A DNA stretch of 21,298 nucleotides, taken from Chiloscyllium plagiosum (Eukaryota). The notes under the pieces were generated by a model that had not been told where the DNA came from, did not search any database, and worked only from the letters and a program-made list of their open reading frames with translations. This document shows positions 10,133 through 20,101 of the stretch, piece by piece. The stretch is taken from NCBI RefSeq assembly GCF_004010195.1, contig NC_057720.1, positions 8,699,866 through 8,721,163 on the forward strand. Reading direction: 5' to 3'. The number at the start of each line of letters is the position of its first letter. Position 1 is the stretch's first letter. Both the position numbers and the translations under genes were made by a program.

Positions 10133-12240
10133 ATAGATGAGGGATAGAAATGGCAAGATTAGGGAACCATGGATGACGGGCGAAATTGTGAGTCGAGTCA
10201 AGAGGAAAAAGGATACATACATAAGGGCTACGCAACTAAAGACAAACGAAGCTGTGGAAGAATATTGGGAATGTAGGACCAATCTGAAACGACAAATTAA
10301 GAGGGCTTAAAGGGTCATGAGATATCCTTAGTGAACGTGGTTAAGGAAAACCCCAAAGCCTTTTATTCATATATAAGGAGCAAGAGGGTAACTAGGGAAA
10401 GGGTTGGCCCACTCAAGGACAAAGGAGGAAAGGTATGCATAGAGTCAGAGAAAATGGGTGAGATTCATAATGAATACTTTGTGTCCGCATTCACTGAGGT
10501 GAGGGACATGGCGGATGTTGAAGTTAGGGATAGAACTTTGATTACTCTATGTCAAAAATATCTTTGACAGATATCTTTGCAGCATCCTTGAAAATGGGGG
10601 TGGTCCTAGAGGACTGGAGAATTGCTAATGTTGTCCCTTTGTTTAGGAAGGGTAGCAGGGATAATCCAGGTATTTACAGAACTGCGAGTCCGACATCAGT
10701 GGTAGGGAAGCTACTGGAGAAGATACTGAGGGATAGGAAATATACCCATTTGGAAGAAAATGGGCTTTTCAGTGATGGGCACCATGGTTTTCTACAGGGA
10801 AGGTAATGTCTTACAAACCTAGTAGAATTCTTTGAAGAGATGAAAAAGTTGATTGATGAGGGAAGGGATGTAGATGTCACATACTTGGACTTTAGTATGG
10901 CATTTGATAAGGTTCCCCATGTTAGGCTGATGAAGAAGATGACCTCACATGGGGTCCAGGGTGTTCTAGCTAGATGGATAGAGAACTGGTTGGACAACAG
11001 GAGACAGAGAGTGGTAGTGGAAGGGAGCTTCTCAAAGTGGAGACCTGTGACCAGTTGTGTCCCACCGGAATCCGTGTTGGGGTCATTGTTGTTTGTGATA
11101 TACATAAATGATTTGGAGGAAGATGTAGATGCCTCATTAGCAAGTTTGCAGATGACACTAAGATTGGTGGAGTAGCAGATAGTGAAGGGGACTGTCTGAG
11201 AATGTAGCAGAATTTAGATAGATTGGAGACTTGGGCAGAGAAATGGCAGATGGAGTTCAATCTGGACAAATGTGAGCAGCTGCATTTTGAAGGATCCAAT
11301 TCAAGAGTGAGCTATGTGGTAAATGGAAAAGTCCTGGGGAAGATTGATGTACAGAGAGATCTGGGTGTTCAGGTCCATTGATCTCTGAAGGTGACAACGC
11401 AGATCAGTAGAGTGGTCAAGAAGGCATACGTCATGCTTTCCTTCATTGGATGGGGTATTGAGTACAAGAGTTGTCAGGTCATGTTACAGTTGGATAAGAC
11501 TTTGGTTCAACCACATTTGGATTGATGTACAGAGAGATCTGGGTGTTCAGGTCCATTGATCTCTGAAGGTGACAACGCAGATCAGTAGAGTGGTCAAGAA
11601 GGCATTCGGCACGCTTTCCTTCATTGGATGGGGTATTGAGTACAAGAGTTGTCAGGTCATGTTACAGTTGGATAAGACTTTGGTTCAACCACATTTGGAA
11701 TACTGCATACAATTTGGGTCACCACATTACCAAAAGGATGTGGATGCTTTGGAGACAGTGCAGAGGAGATTCACCAGGATGTTGCTTGGTATGGAGGGCA
11801 GTAGCTCTGAGGAGAGGTTGAGTAGATTAGGATTATTTTCATTAGAAAGACGAAGGTTGAGGGGGGGACCTGATTGAGGCCGACAAAATCATGAGAGATG
11901 TAGACAGGGTGGATAGCAAGAAACATTTTCCCAGAATGGAGGACTCAATTACTAGGGGTCACAAGTTCAAAGTGAGAGGGGAAAGATTTAGGGGAGATAT
12001 ACGTGGAAATTTCTTCATGCAGAGGGTGGTAGGTGCCTGCAACGTGTTGCCAGTGGAAGTGGTAAAGACGGGAACGATAGCGTCATTTAAGATGTATCTA
12101 GACAGATACATGAATGGGCAGGGAGCAGAGGGATACAGATCCTTAGAAAATAGGTGACAGGTTTAGATAGAAGATCTGGATCGGCACAGGCTTGGAGGGC
12201 CAAAGGGCCTGTTCCTGTGCTGTAAGGTTCTTCATTCTTT
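10133..12240 (+). mobile_element. 5'-truncated CR1 LINE with pseudogenised ORF2 reverse transcriptase
   Basis: KENPKAFYSYIRSKR, DWRIANVVPLFRKG, YLDFSMAFDKVPH, VPPESVLGSLLFVIYINDL, KFADDT and ERLSRLGLFSLERRRLRG are spread over several frames with stops. Possible TSD tgactga 10126-10132 / 12240-12246. Confidence 0.95.
11343..11698 (+). repeat. 178 bp tandem duplication inside the CR1
   Basis: 11343-11520 and 11521-11698 are identical except for 3 substitutions. Confidence 0.95.
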
Positions 12241-12325
12241 GACTGATCATCACAACAAAAAAAATTACAAAACTAAAACTTATGATCTATCAAGCCAGGT
12301 TTCATTCTGGGATCTGTCAATAACA

Positions 12326-12690
12326 TACCCATTATGTTAGTCTCTTCTGTTTTTCCGACCAAAATGTATCAGTTTACATTTCTTTGCACTGAACTTCATC
12401 TGCTCCCACATGACCGAATTTCCTATATCCTTTTGAAGTTCTTTCTTACTGTCCTTCCAGTTTACAATGTTTCTGAGTCATCAAGCATCCACAAATGTTA
12501 AAATTGCGTCATGTGAAAATCAATGTTTAGATCATTAATGTGTTTCAGGAAAAGGCAAGTGTCCTAATATTGACTGTGGAGAGCTCTCCCACAAACAGTT
12601 GTCAGCCTGAGAAATACCTATTGACCATCACTGTTCCCTTTCATTGAGCCAACCTTGTATCCATGTTGCTATTATTCCTTTTATTCAATG
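12326..12690 (-). mobile_element. Old CR1-like RT fragment
   Basis: Minus strand reads WEQMKFSAKKCKLIHFGRKN, resembling the WQMxFNxxKCxxxHFG post-RT motif. Confidence 0.65.
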
Positions 12691-12762
12691 AGCGCATAAC
12701 GAAGACTTGGAGGGAGAATGATCAAGGATAGTGGAGTAAGATTTCATCAGGTAAAGTTGAAA

Positions 12763-13270
12763 TCCATCCATTAATTCCATCTACACTCCTCGGTGCCTCG
12801 GGAAAATAGCCAACATCATCAGAGACCCCTCCCACCCCGGTTATACTCTCTTCCATCCTCTTCTGTCAGGTAAAAGATAAAAAAGCTTAAGCACACGTAC
12901 CTGCAGATTCAAGTGCAGCTTCTTCCCCGCTGTTATTATACTTCTGAATGGATGTGCAGAAAGTGAGTACTGCAGATGGTGGAGATCAGAGTCGAAGAGT
13001 GTGTTGCTGGAAAAGCACAGCAGGTCAGGCAGCATCCAAGGAGCAGGAGAGTCGACGTTTCAAGCATAAGTTTTTCATCAGGAAATGGATGTTTCAAATT
13101 TCAAATTTAATCTTGATCTTTATACACCTTCTTTGCAGCTGCAGCATTGTATTCCTTGCTCCGTGCTACTACCCTAACGCATTTTGTATGGACTGACCTG
13201 CCTGTACTGCATGCAAAACAAGACTTTTCACTGTACCGAGGTACATGTATCAACAATAAATCCAAAAAAA
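12763..13270 (+). mobile_element. Rex1/Babar-type LINE 3' end, interrupted at 12956-13083
   Basis: Reads SIYTPRCLGKIANIIRDPSHPGYTLFHPLLSGKR*KSLSTRTCRFKCSFFPAVIILLN, typical of the Rex1/Babar C-terminus; 3' UTR ends in aacaataaatcc plus an A run. Confidence 0.75.
12956..13083 (-). mobile_element. Single-arm hammerhead element, family A
   Basis: Minus-strand core CTGATGA-A-aaac-ttat-gctt-GAAAC-GTC (13081-13054). 9 bp TSD aatggatgt at 12947-12955 / 13084-13092. Confidence 0.88.
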
Positions 13271-14187
13271 AGTTTCTTAATAAATGTTGAAGATATTGAC
13301 AAATCAGTCATCTCACCAAATCCAGGCTCACCAACATAAGACAGACAACAGCATGAGTTTGCCTTCAGTAATGGTCAAAAAGACAAAAAAAAAGTGACCT
13401 TTAGTACGTAGCAATACAGGTATTTACACTGCAACGGTTTATTACATTTACAACTTCACATGACTGATTAGCACTGAGCAATCCTGAGGGGCTGAATTAG
13501 CATGTTTTTATTCAAAAGAGTGCAAAATAACTAACAAAAGTGAGGAGTTAGAAACATTTCCACTTTTGTGACTGAGTGTACTCGGGCTTTCTCTTGTTAG
13601 GTCTATTTTGAAGCACAAGTGTATGACAAGTGATGGAATATTGTCTGGCATATGTTTAGCTACAAGTGCAGAGAGATACTGAGCAAGTCAAATTCAGTTT
13701 GGATCAAGTGTTCAGGAATATACTGAACCTCCTCATGTAAACAACAGATTTACCTGCCATTGTCTATCTTGCTTGAGTAGTTCAATTGGCCAGGATATGA
13801 AATGGGATACCAATTAAGAGTATAAATATGCCAACCCAATGAAAAAATAGGTTTGTACAATAGATGGATTTGGTGGGCAATTTCTGACTTTGCTTAAATC
13901 ATCTCCTATCTGTTCTATTCCCAGGCCTGGTCTCATTTTACTACCTGTTCAACTCTGGAAGAGGGTCACTTTTTTGTGACATGCCTCTCATATTTTAAAA
14001 TAAAAGCATGATATGCAAGCCTTCATTACAACAGAAGCAAGTGACCAGCAAACTGATGTAAATACAAGTAGGCTGTTTCCTAAGCATGATGGATTTTTGA
14101 TGTGCGCATGAATAGTAATGGTCAAAGTGCAAACTTTAAAGGGATTTGGGTTAGTTAAATGTCCATGAATGTAGTGACAAAACGTCT

Positions 14188-14505
14188 GGCGGCAGAATGG
14201 GAAATGTCACTGGACTGTTAATCCAGAGACCCAGCTCAGGATCTTGGTTCAAATCCTGCCACAGCAGATGATTAAAATTTAAGTTTAGTAAAAAGCAGGA
14301 TTTAAGAGTCTGATGATGATAGTGATACCATTGTTGATTGTCAGAAGAACCAATCTGGTTCACTAATGTGCTTCAGGGAAGAACACTCCCATCCTCATCT
14401 GGCCTCCACGTGGCTCCACAGCACTGTAGTTTACTCTTAACTGCTCTCTGTGATGGGCAATAAATGCTGCCCTAGCCAGCAATGCCCTCATCCCATGAAT
14501 GAGTA
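14188..14505 (+). mobile_element. tRNA-derived SINE
   Basis: Box B GGTTCAAATCC at 14246-14256; same body and tail as 3860-4213. Confidence 0.85.
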
Positions 14506-14511
14506 TTTGAA

Positions 14512-15050
14512 ACTATGAGAATGTCACTGACCCTGCATTTATTGTGCATCCCTGTTTTTTTCCAGAGTAGGTGGTGGTGAGCTTCCTCCTTGAATTGCTG
14601 CAGTCTGTCTGATGAAGGCAGACCTGCAGTGGCGTTAAGGAGAGATTTTCAGAATTTGACTCCGTGATGGAATCCCAATGTGGTTCCAAGTAATGGAGGA
14701 GCACGATATGGAGTGGAGCTTTCAGGTGGTAGTACATATCTGCTGCTCTCATCTTCCAGGTGACACAGGTTTGGAAGGGACTGTCCAAGGCAGTCTTGGT
14801 GAATTACCACAGTAGCTGGTATCTTGCAGCTGGTATACACTGTATGTGGGTGGTGGAGGGAGTGAATGCTGAAGATGTTGGATGAGGTGCCAGTCAACCA
14901 GGTTTTTTCCTCCTGAATTTCATGGAGATGGAGCTGCACCCACCCCAGCAACTGGGGTGTATTCCATTGCTGTCCTGACATGTAGATAGTGGACAAACAC
15001 TGGGGAGATGAGAGGTGAGTTATTTGTTACAGTATTGCTCACTTCTGACC
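14512..15050 (-). mobile_element. 3' fragment of the second LINE family
   Basis: Colinear with 766-1285 (SIHSLHHPHTVY); lies tail-to-tail with the SINE. Confidence 0.7.
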
Positions 15051-15327
15051 TGGATCAGTAGAAAGAAGGTTAGCAGAATAATGGATAAAAATGAAAAGGA
15101 ATTGAAAGGCCTGAAAATGGTGAGTGTAGCCAATCTCCCGGTGACTTGTTTGATGGAGCAGAGAAGGTGATGCCTGAGGTGCTTCTGAGAGTTGAAGGAC
15201 CTCTTTGCCAGTGCAAGGTACCATCCATATTGGTTAACATTTCAGCGCTTTGGAAATGAATGTAGGTGAGAAGTTGGTACAGTAAATGAATATGCCATTT
15301 CTTCCTCTGAGAGCAGATGGCACTATT

Positions 15328-15907
15328 AGTGTCATTAAATTGTACATCATGGAAACAGGCCTTCGGTCCAAATCGTCCATGCCTACCTGATATCCTAAAT
15401 AAAGCCAGTCCCATTTTCTAGCACTTGCCCATATTCCTCTAAAACCTTCGTATTCATATACCCATCCAGATCCCTTTTAAATGTTGTAATTGTACCAGCT
15501 TCCACTATTTCCTCTGGCAGTTCGTTCACACATGCACCACCCTCTGCATGAAAGGGTTGCCCCTTGGATCCCTTTTAAATCTTTTCCTTCTCACCTTCAA
15601 CCTATGCCTTCTAACTTAATACTCCCCCACACCAGGGAAAAGATCTTGGTTATTGTCCACGCCCCTCATGATTTTATAAACCTCTATAAGGTCACTCCCC
15701 ACAGCCTCCGACGTTCCAGGGATAATAGTCCCAGCCCTGTTCAGCCTCCCCCCGTGGCTCAAACTCTCCAACCCTGGCAACATCCTTGTAAACCTTTTCT
15801 GAATCCTTTCAAGTTTCGCAACATCTTACTATAGCTGGAGACCAGGATTTCACATATATTCCAGTAGTGGCCTAACCGATGTCGTGTACAGCTACAACAT
15901 GACCTCC
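15328..15907 (-). mobile_element. CR1-clade LINE 3' fragment
   Basis: Colinear with and highly similar to 18283-18821. Confidence 0.9.
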
Positions 15908-16000
15908 TATCTGCAATCAGTTCTTTTGTGCCAGCTTTTGGTCATCACCAGCTATGTACAACTAATTCGAAAAAGTGGGATCGGTGCATCTCAGAAGTTG

Positions 16001-16208
16001 GAAATGTGTTGCTGGAAAAGCGCAGCAGGTCAGGCAGCATCCAGGGAACAGGAGAATCGACGTTTCGGGCATAAGCCCTTCTTCAGGAGGGCTTATGCCC
16101 GAAACGTCGATTCTCCTGTTCCCTGGATGCTGCCTGACCTGCTGTGCTTTTCCAGCAACACATTTCCAGCTCTGATCTCCAGCATCTGCAGACCTCACTT
16201 TCTCCTCT
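16001..16208. mobile_element. Young palindromic hammerhead element, family A
   Basis: 80 bp inverted arms 16000-16079 / 16088-16167 with 1 mismatch, 8 nt loop, tail 16168-16205. Perfect 16 bp TSD tgcatctcagaagttg at 15985-16000 / 16209-16224. Confidence 0.92.
16059..16086 (-). ncRNA. Minimal type I hammerhead ribozyme core (stem I incomplete)
   Basis: CUGAAGA-A-GGGC-uuau-GCCC-GAAAC-GUC on the minus strand. Confidence 0.7.
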
Positions 16209-16761
16209 TGCATCTCAGAAGTTGCTGTGTATTGGCTGTTGATTACCCTGCTGTATTTTGTTCCCCGCAATACTGTAGGGAATTAAATAATCAGACGTTC
16301 TACATGTGCTGTTGAGGCTGCATAAGCCAACATCCTTTGGCAATTGAAGCTTCTTTATCCATCAATCATCTAATAAAATGAAATATGCTTATCTCAATCT
16401 GCTAAAGTACATATTGATAGAATGGGGGTCATATGTCATTATTCAATCAATCTCACTCACCATTCCTCCTTTTGACTCCTACCTCATCTCTAGCAGAGGG
16501 AGATTTCAATTGTGATTAGTATTAGTATTAGTAAAAACACAAGATCAGTGATAATTAGTGTCAGAATGGAACTGATGTTAGTTCCTCATCAGTCACACCA
16601 AGGAGGCATACTGTTGCATTTCAATGGGGCAATCCCTGATGCTTTTAGGCAGGCAAGATTATTATACTTATGGTCAAACTTTCTGTATATCATAGTTCTT
16701 TGATTCTTTTTAAATGGACTCTTTAGCTGTTTTCTACAAGCTCTGTCTTATTTCCCAAATA

Positions 16762-16927
16762 ATGTGGAGGTGCTGGTGTTGGACTGGGGTGGACAAAGTT
16801 AAAAGTCACACAACACCATGTTATAGTCCAACAGTAGCTAGTGTAGCTACTGATGAAGAAGCAGCACTCTGAAAGCTTCTAAACAAACTTGTTGGACTCT
16901 AACCTGGTGTTGTGTGATTTTTAGCTT
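16762..16927. mobile_element. Palindromic hammerhead element, family B
   Basis: Tail 16762-16794; arms about 16795-16833 and 16891-16929. Plus-strand core CTGATGA-A-gaagcagcactct-GAAAGCTT at 16850-16878. TSD tttcccaaat at 16751-16760 / 16928-16937. Confidence 0.85.
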
Positions 16928-17234
16928 TTTCCCAAATCATTCATTGACAGAGTTGGGGTCAGTAGACATTTCCACGCTAGGACTTTGCTTGCTTGTACAG
17001 CCACCAGGTAACCTTTGAAAGTTAATTGCATTGACCATTACATAAATAGAATTCACACAGTTTTTAACCTTCTATTACCAAAATTTTTGCCATTTGATAG
17101 CTTCCATCTTACTTCATTTCTTAAATCTTCCCTTTTGTAATTTTCCCAGGTTTTCCCTTTCACTCACTTAAAAAGATTGACTTCAAATTCCAATTCTGCC
17201 ATAACTGCTGCAATATATTAAGTTCAGTTAATTA

Positions 17235-17355
17235 ACTAAAACCTGAAATGACAAAGCTAGTATTAGTAAAAATGAGCATGAAATTGGAGAATCAAATGTA
17301 GTCATCCGATCCACTAACGGGCATCAGGAAATAGAATCAGATGTCCTTACCCAGC
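17235..17355 (+). mobile_element. Decayed SINE body fragment
   Basis: Weak similarity to the middle of the SINE at 14188-14505 (cactaa..aggaa..gtccttacc). Confidence 0.3.
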
Positions 17356-17359
17356 TGAC

Positions 17360-17660
17360 AGTCAGGATAAATGGGTCTTTTTCAGGTTGGAGAACATAAC
17401 TAGTGGATATCCAAAAGGATTAGTTCAAGAACCTCAATTATTTACCATCAATGAATGACTTTGAAGATGGGGCGGAGTGTAATGTATCCTGATTTGCTGA
17501 TGATGTAAAAATAGGTTGGAGGGCACATTGTGATGAGAACATGAGGAAGCTTCAAAGGGATAGAGATGGGTTGAGCAAATGGGTGGAAACCTGGCAGATG
17601 ATGTTGAAAGAACAAACTTGTAAAGTCATGCACTTTGCTTGGAAGAATCAAAATGGACAA
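17360..17660 (+). mobile_element. Old CR1 RT-domain fragment
   Basis: VRINGSFSGWR..FADDVKIG..LQRDRDGLSKWVETWQM..CKVMHF, with stops and frameshifts. Confidence 0.8.
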
Positions 17661-17694
17661 GGAGACTTGTAACTTCAGTTGTAACTTCACAGAA

Positions 17695-17878
17695 GTTTGT
17701 AGCAGGCACAGACCAGAGGAGATAAAACCTGGGCATGCATTTGGAGTTGAGCTAATAATTGCCCAGTAACATTCACCCCACACAAGGCCAGGTAATGATC
17801 ATCTCTAACAAGGGAGAATCTGACAAACTCTGCTTTACATTCAGTAACATTGCCATTGCCAAATTCCCCACTACCCAT
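17695..17878 (+). mobile_element. Internal fragment of a LINE (probably the second family)
   Basis: Reads VTFTPHKA / MIISNKGESDKLCFTFSNIAIAKFPT, resembling a post-RT LINE region. Confidence 0.5.
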
Positions 17879-17895
17879 GTTGTGACGACATAGGT

Positions 17896-17976
17896 GTAAA
17901 CAAGGACTGCAGATGCTGGAAGCCAGATTCTAGATTAGGGTGGTGCTGGAAAAGCACAGCAGGTCAGGCAGCATCC
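17896..17976 (-). mobile_element. Truncated family A-related element (3' part only, no ribozyme core)
   Basis: ggactgcagatgctgg..gtgctggaaaagcacagcaggtcaggcagcatcc matches 12960-13037. Confidence 0.8.
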
Positions 17977-18821
17977 ATCCTCGGACCACTCACAGTGAAA
18001 GTTGCTGCCACCACCCTCTTTAAGTATAAGAAACTGACAGGACTGCTTTGTCTAATTTGGTAAAGAAAAGCAATATGCTAGCCTAACTGGTATGGTCTCT
18101 TCTAGTTAACAAGCTATAATCGATTGCATGTATCAACTAATTATGGGTTACATCGATAAAACAGACATTGTTACAGGGACTTTGAGGTTTGAAGCAGTCT
18201 CCTGGCTGCTAAAACACAGATAAATTGCTACCTTGGCCAAATAGCAAGAGATGCTGGGTGTATTGGCCAAGTAAAACTCTGAAGTCATAGAGTCATAGAG
18301 ATGTACAGCATGGAAACAGACCCTTCGGTCCAGCCCGTCCATGCCGACCAGATATCCCAACCCAATCTAGTCCCATCTGCCAGCACCCAGCCCATATCCC
18401 TCCAAATCCTTCCTATTCATATACCCATCCAAATGCCTCTTAAATGTTGCAATTGTACCAGCCTCCACCACATCCTCTGGTAGCTCATTCCACACACGTA
18501 CCATCCTCTGCGTGAAAAAGTTGCTCAATAGATCGCTTTTATATCTTTCCCCTTTCACCCTAAACCTATGCCCTCATCCCAGGGAAAAGACTTTGTCTAT
18601 TTACCCTATCCATGCCCCTCATAATTTTGTAAACCTCTATAAGGTCATCCCTCAGCCTCCGACATTCCAGGAAAAACAACCCGAGCCTGTTCAGCCTCTC
18701 CCTATGGCTCAAATCCTCCAACCCTGGCAACATCGTTGTAAATCTTTTCTGAACCCTTTCAAGTTTCACAACATCTTTCCGATAGGAAGGAGACCAGAAT
18801 TGCACGCAATATTCCAACATT

Positions 18822-19644
18822 NNNNNNNNNNNNNNNNNNNNNNNNNNNNNNNNNNNNNNNNNNNNNNNNNNNNNNNNNNNNNNNNNNNNNNNNNNNNNNN
18901 NNNNNNNNNNNNNNNNNNNNNNNNNNNNNNNNNNNNNNNNNNNNNNNNNNNNNNNNNNNNNNNNNNNNNNNNNNNNNNNNNNNNNNNNNNNNNNNNNNNN
19001 NNNNNNNNNNNNNNNNNNNNNNNNNNNNNNNNNNNNNNNNNNNNNNNNNNNNNNNNNNNNNNNNNNNNNNNNNNNNNNNNNNNNNNNNNNNNNNNNNNNN
19101 NNNNNNNNNNNNNNNNNNNNNNNNNNNNNNNNNNNNNNNNNNNNNNNNNNNNNNNNNNNNNNNNNNNNNNNNNNNNNNNNNNNNNNNNNNNNNNNNNNNN
19201 NNNNNNNNNNNNNNNNNNNNNNNNNNNNNNNNNNNNNNNNNNNNNNNNNNNNNNNNNNNNNNNNNNNNNNNNNNNNNNNNNNNNNNNNNNNNNNNNNNNN
19301 NNNNNNNNNNNNNNNNNNNNNNNNNNNNNNNNNNNNNNNNNNNNNNNNNNNNNNNNNNNNNNNNNNNNNNNNNNNNNNNNNNNNNNNNNNNNNNNNNNNN
19401 NNNNNNNNNNNNNNNNNNNNNNNNNNNNNNNNNNNNNNNNNNNNNNNNNNNNNNNNNNNNNNNNNNNNNNNNNNNNNNNNNNNNNNNNNNNNNNNNNNNN
19501 NNNNNNNNNNNNNNNNNNNNNNNNNNNNNNNNNNNNNNNNNNNNNNNNNNNNNNNNNNNNNNNNNNNNNNNNNNNNNNNNNNNNNNNNNNNNNNNNNNNN
19601 NNNNNNNNNNNNNNNNNNNNNNNNNNNNNNNNNNNNNNNNNNNN
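18822..19644. other. Assembly gap (823 N)
   Basis: Run of N. Confidence 1.
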
Positions 19645-19897
19645 CCTTGCTGATCTTTCAGGGGCCCTATTCTCTCCCTAGTTACCCTTTTGTCCTTAAT
19701 ATATTTGTAAAAACCCTTTGGATTCTCCTTAATTCTATTCGTCAAAGCTATCTCATGTCCCCGTTTTGCCCTCCTGATTTCCCTCTTAAGTATACACCTA
19801 CTTTCTTTATACTCTTCTAAGGATTCACTCGATCTATCCTGTCTATACCTGACATATGCTTCCTTCTTTTTCTTAACCAAACCCCCAATTTCTTTCT

Positions 19898-20101
19898 GGA
19901 GAAAGTGAGGTCTGCAGATGCTGGAGAACAGGGCTGAAAATGTGTTGCTGGAAAAGCGCAGCAGGTCAGGCAGCATCCAGGGAACAGGAGAATCGACGTT
20001 TCGGGCATAAGCCCTTCTTCAGGCTTATGCCCGAAACGTCGATTCTCCTGTTCCCTGGATGCTGCCTGACCTGCTGCGCTTTTCCAGCAACACATTTTCA
20101 G
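19898..20101 (-). mobile_element. Very young palindromic hammerhead element, family A, inserted in the CR1
   Basis: Perfect 83 bp inverted arms 19931-20013 / 20022-20104, 8 nt loop, tail 19898-19930. 13 bp TSD ccccaatttcttt at 19883-19895 / 20102-20114; the CR1 frame reads KEIG on both sides. Confidence 0.93.
19995..20022 (-). ncRNA. Minimal type I hammerhead ribozyme core (stem I incomplete)
   Basis: CUGAAGA-A-GGGC-uuau-GCCC-GAAAC-GUC; predicted cleavage after the C at 19995. Confidence 0.7.

Larger units (their letters stand above)
9560..12325 (+). mobile_element. Possible decayed solo-LTR-like element hosting the large CR1
   Basis: Sequence seems continuous across the CR1 via a tgactga duplication. 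Ends in aagccaggtttcattctgggatctg..TAACA, recalled as a shark LTR-like end. Left boundary uncertain. Confidence 0.25.

Noticed and set aside
14246..14256. tRNA-like box B motifs (also 3793, 4130, 6188)
   Set aside because: SINE heads; no cloverleaf can be built.
15060..15125. Short open frame ending at a strong ATG|GTGAGT donor
   Set aside because: No convincing acceptor, abuts a LINE fragment, and the peptide is not recognisable.
16001..16208. Interpretation as a MITE with TIRs or as a pre-miRNA gene
   Set aside because: TSD lengths vary, one arm has an extra tail, junctions differ between copies and single-arm copies with TSDs exist; this fits retroposition better. No expression evidence for a miRNA.
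15884..16315. ORFs with MLPDLLCFSS / CCWKSAAGQAAS peptides (also at 8916, 12841, 12948, 19817, 20059)
   Set aside because: Translations of the family A repeat on either strand, not genes.
18512..19976. The two longest ORFs (389 aa and 405 aa)
   Set aside because: Artefacts of translating through the N gap; the real parts are CR1 sense/antisense sequence and the palindromic insert.
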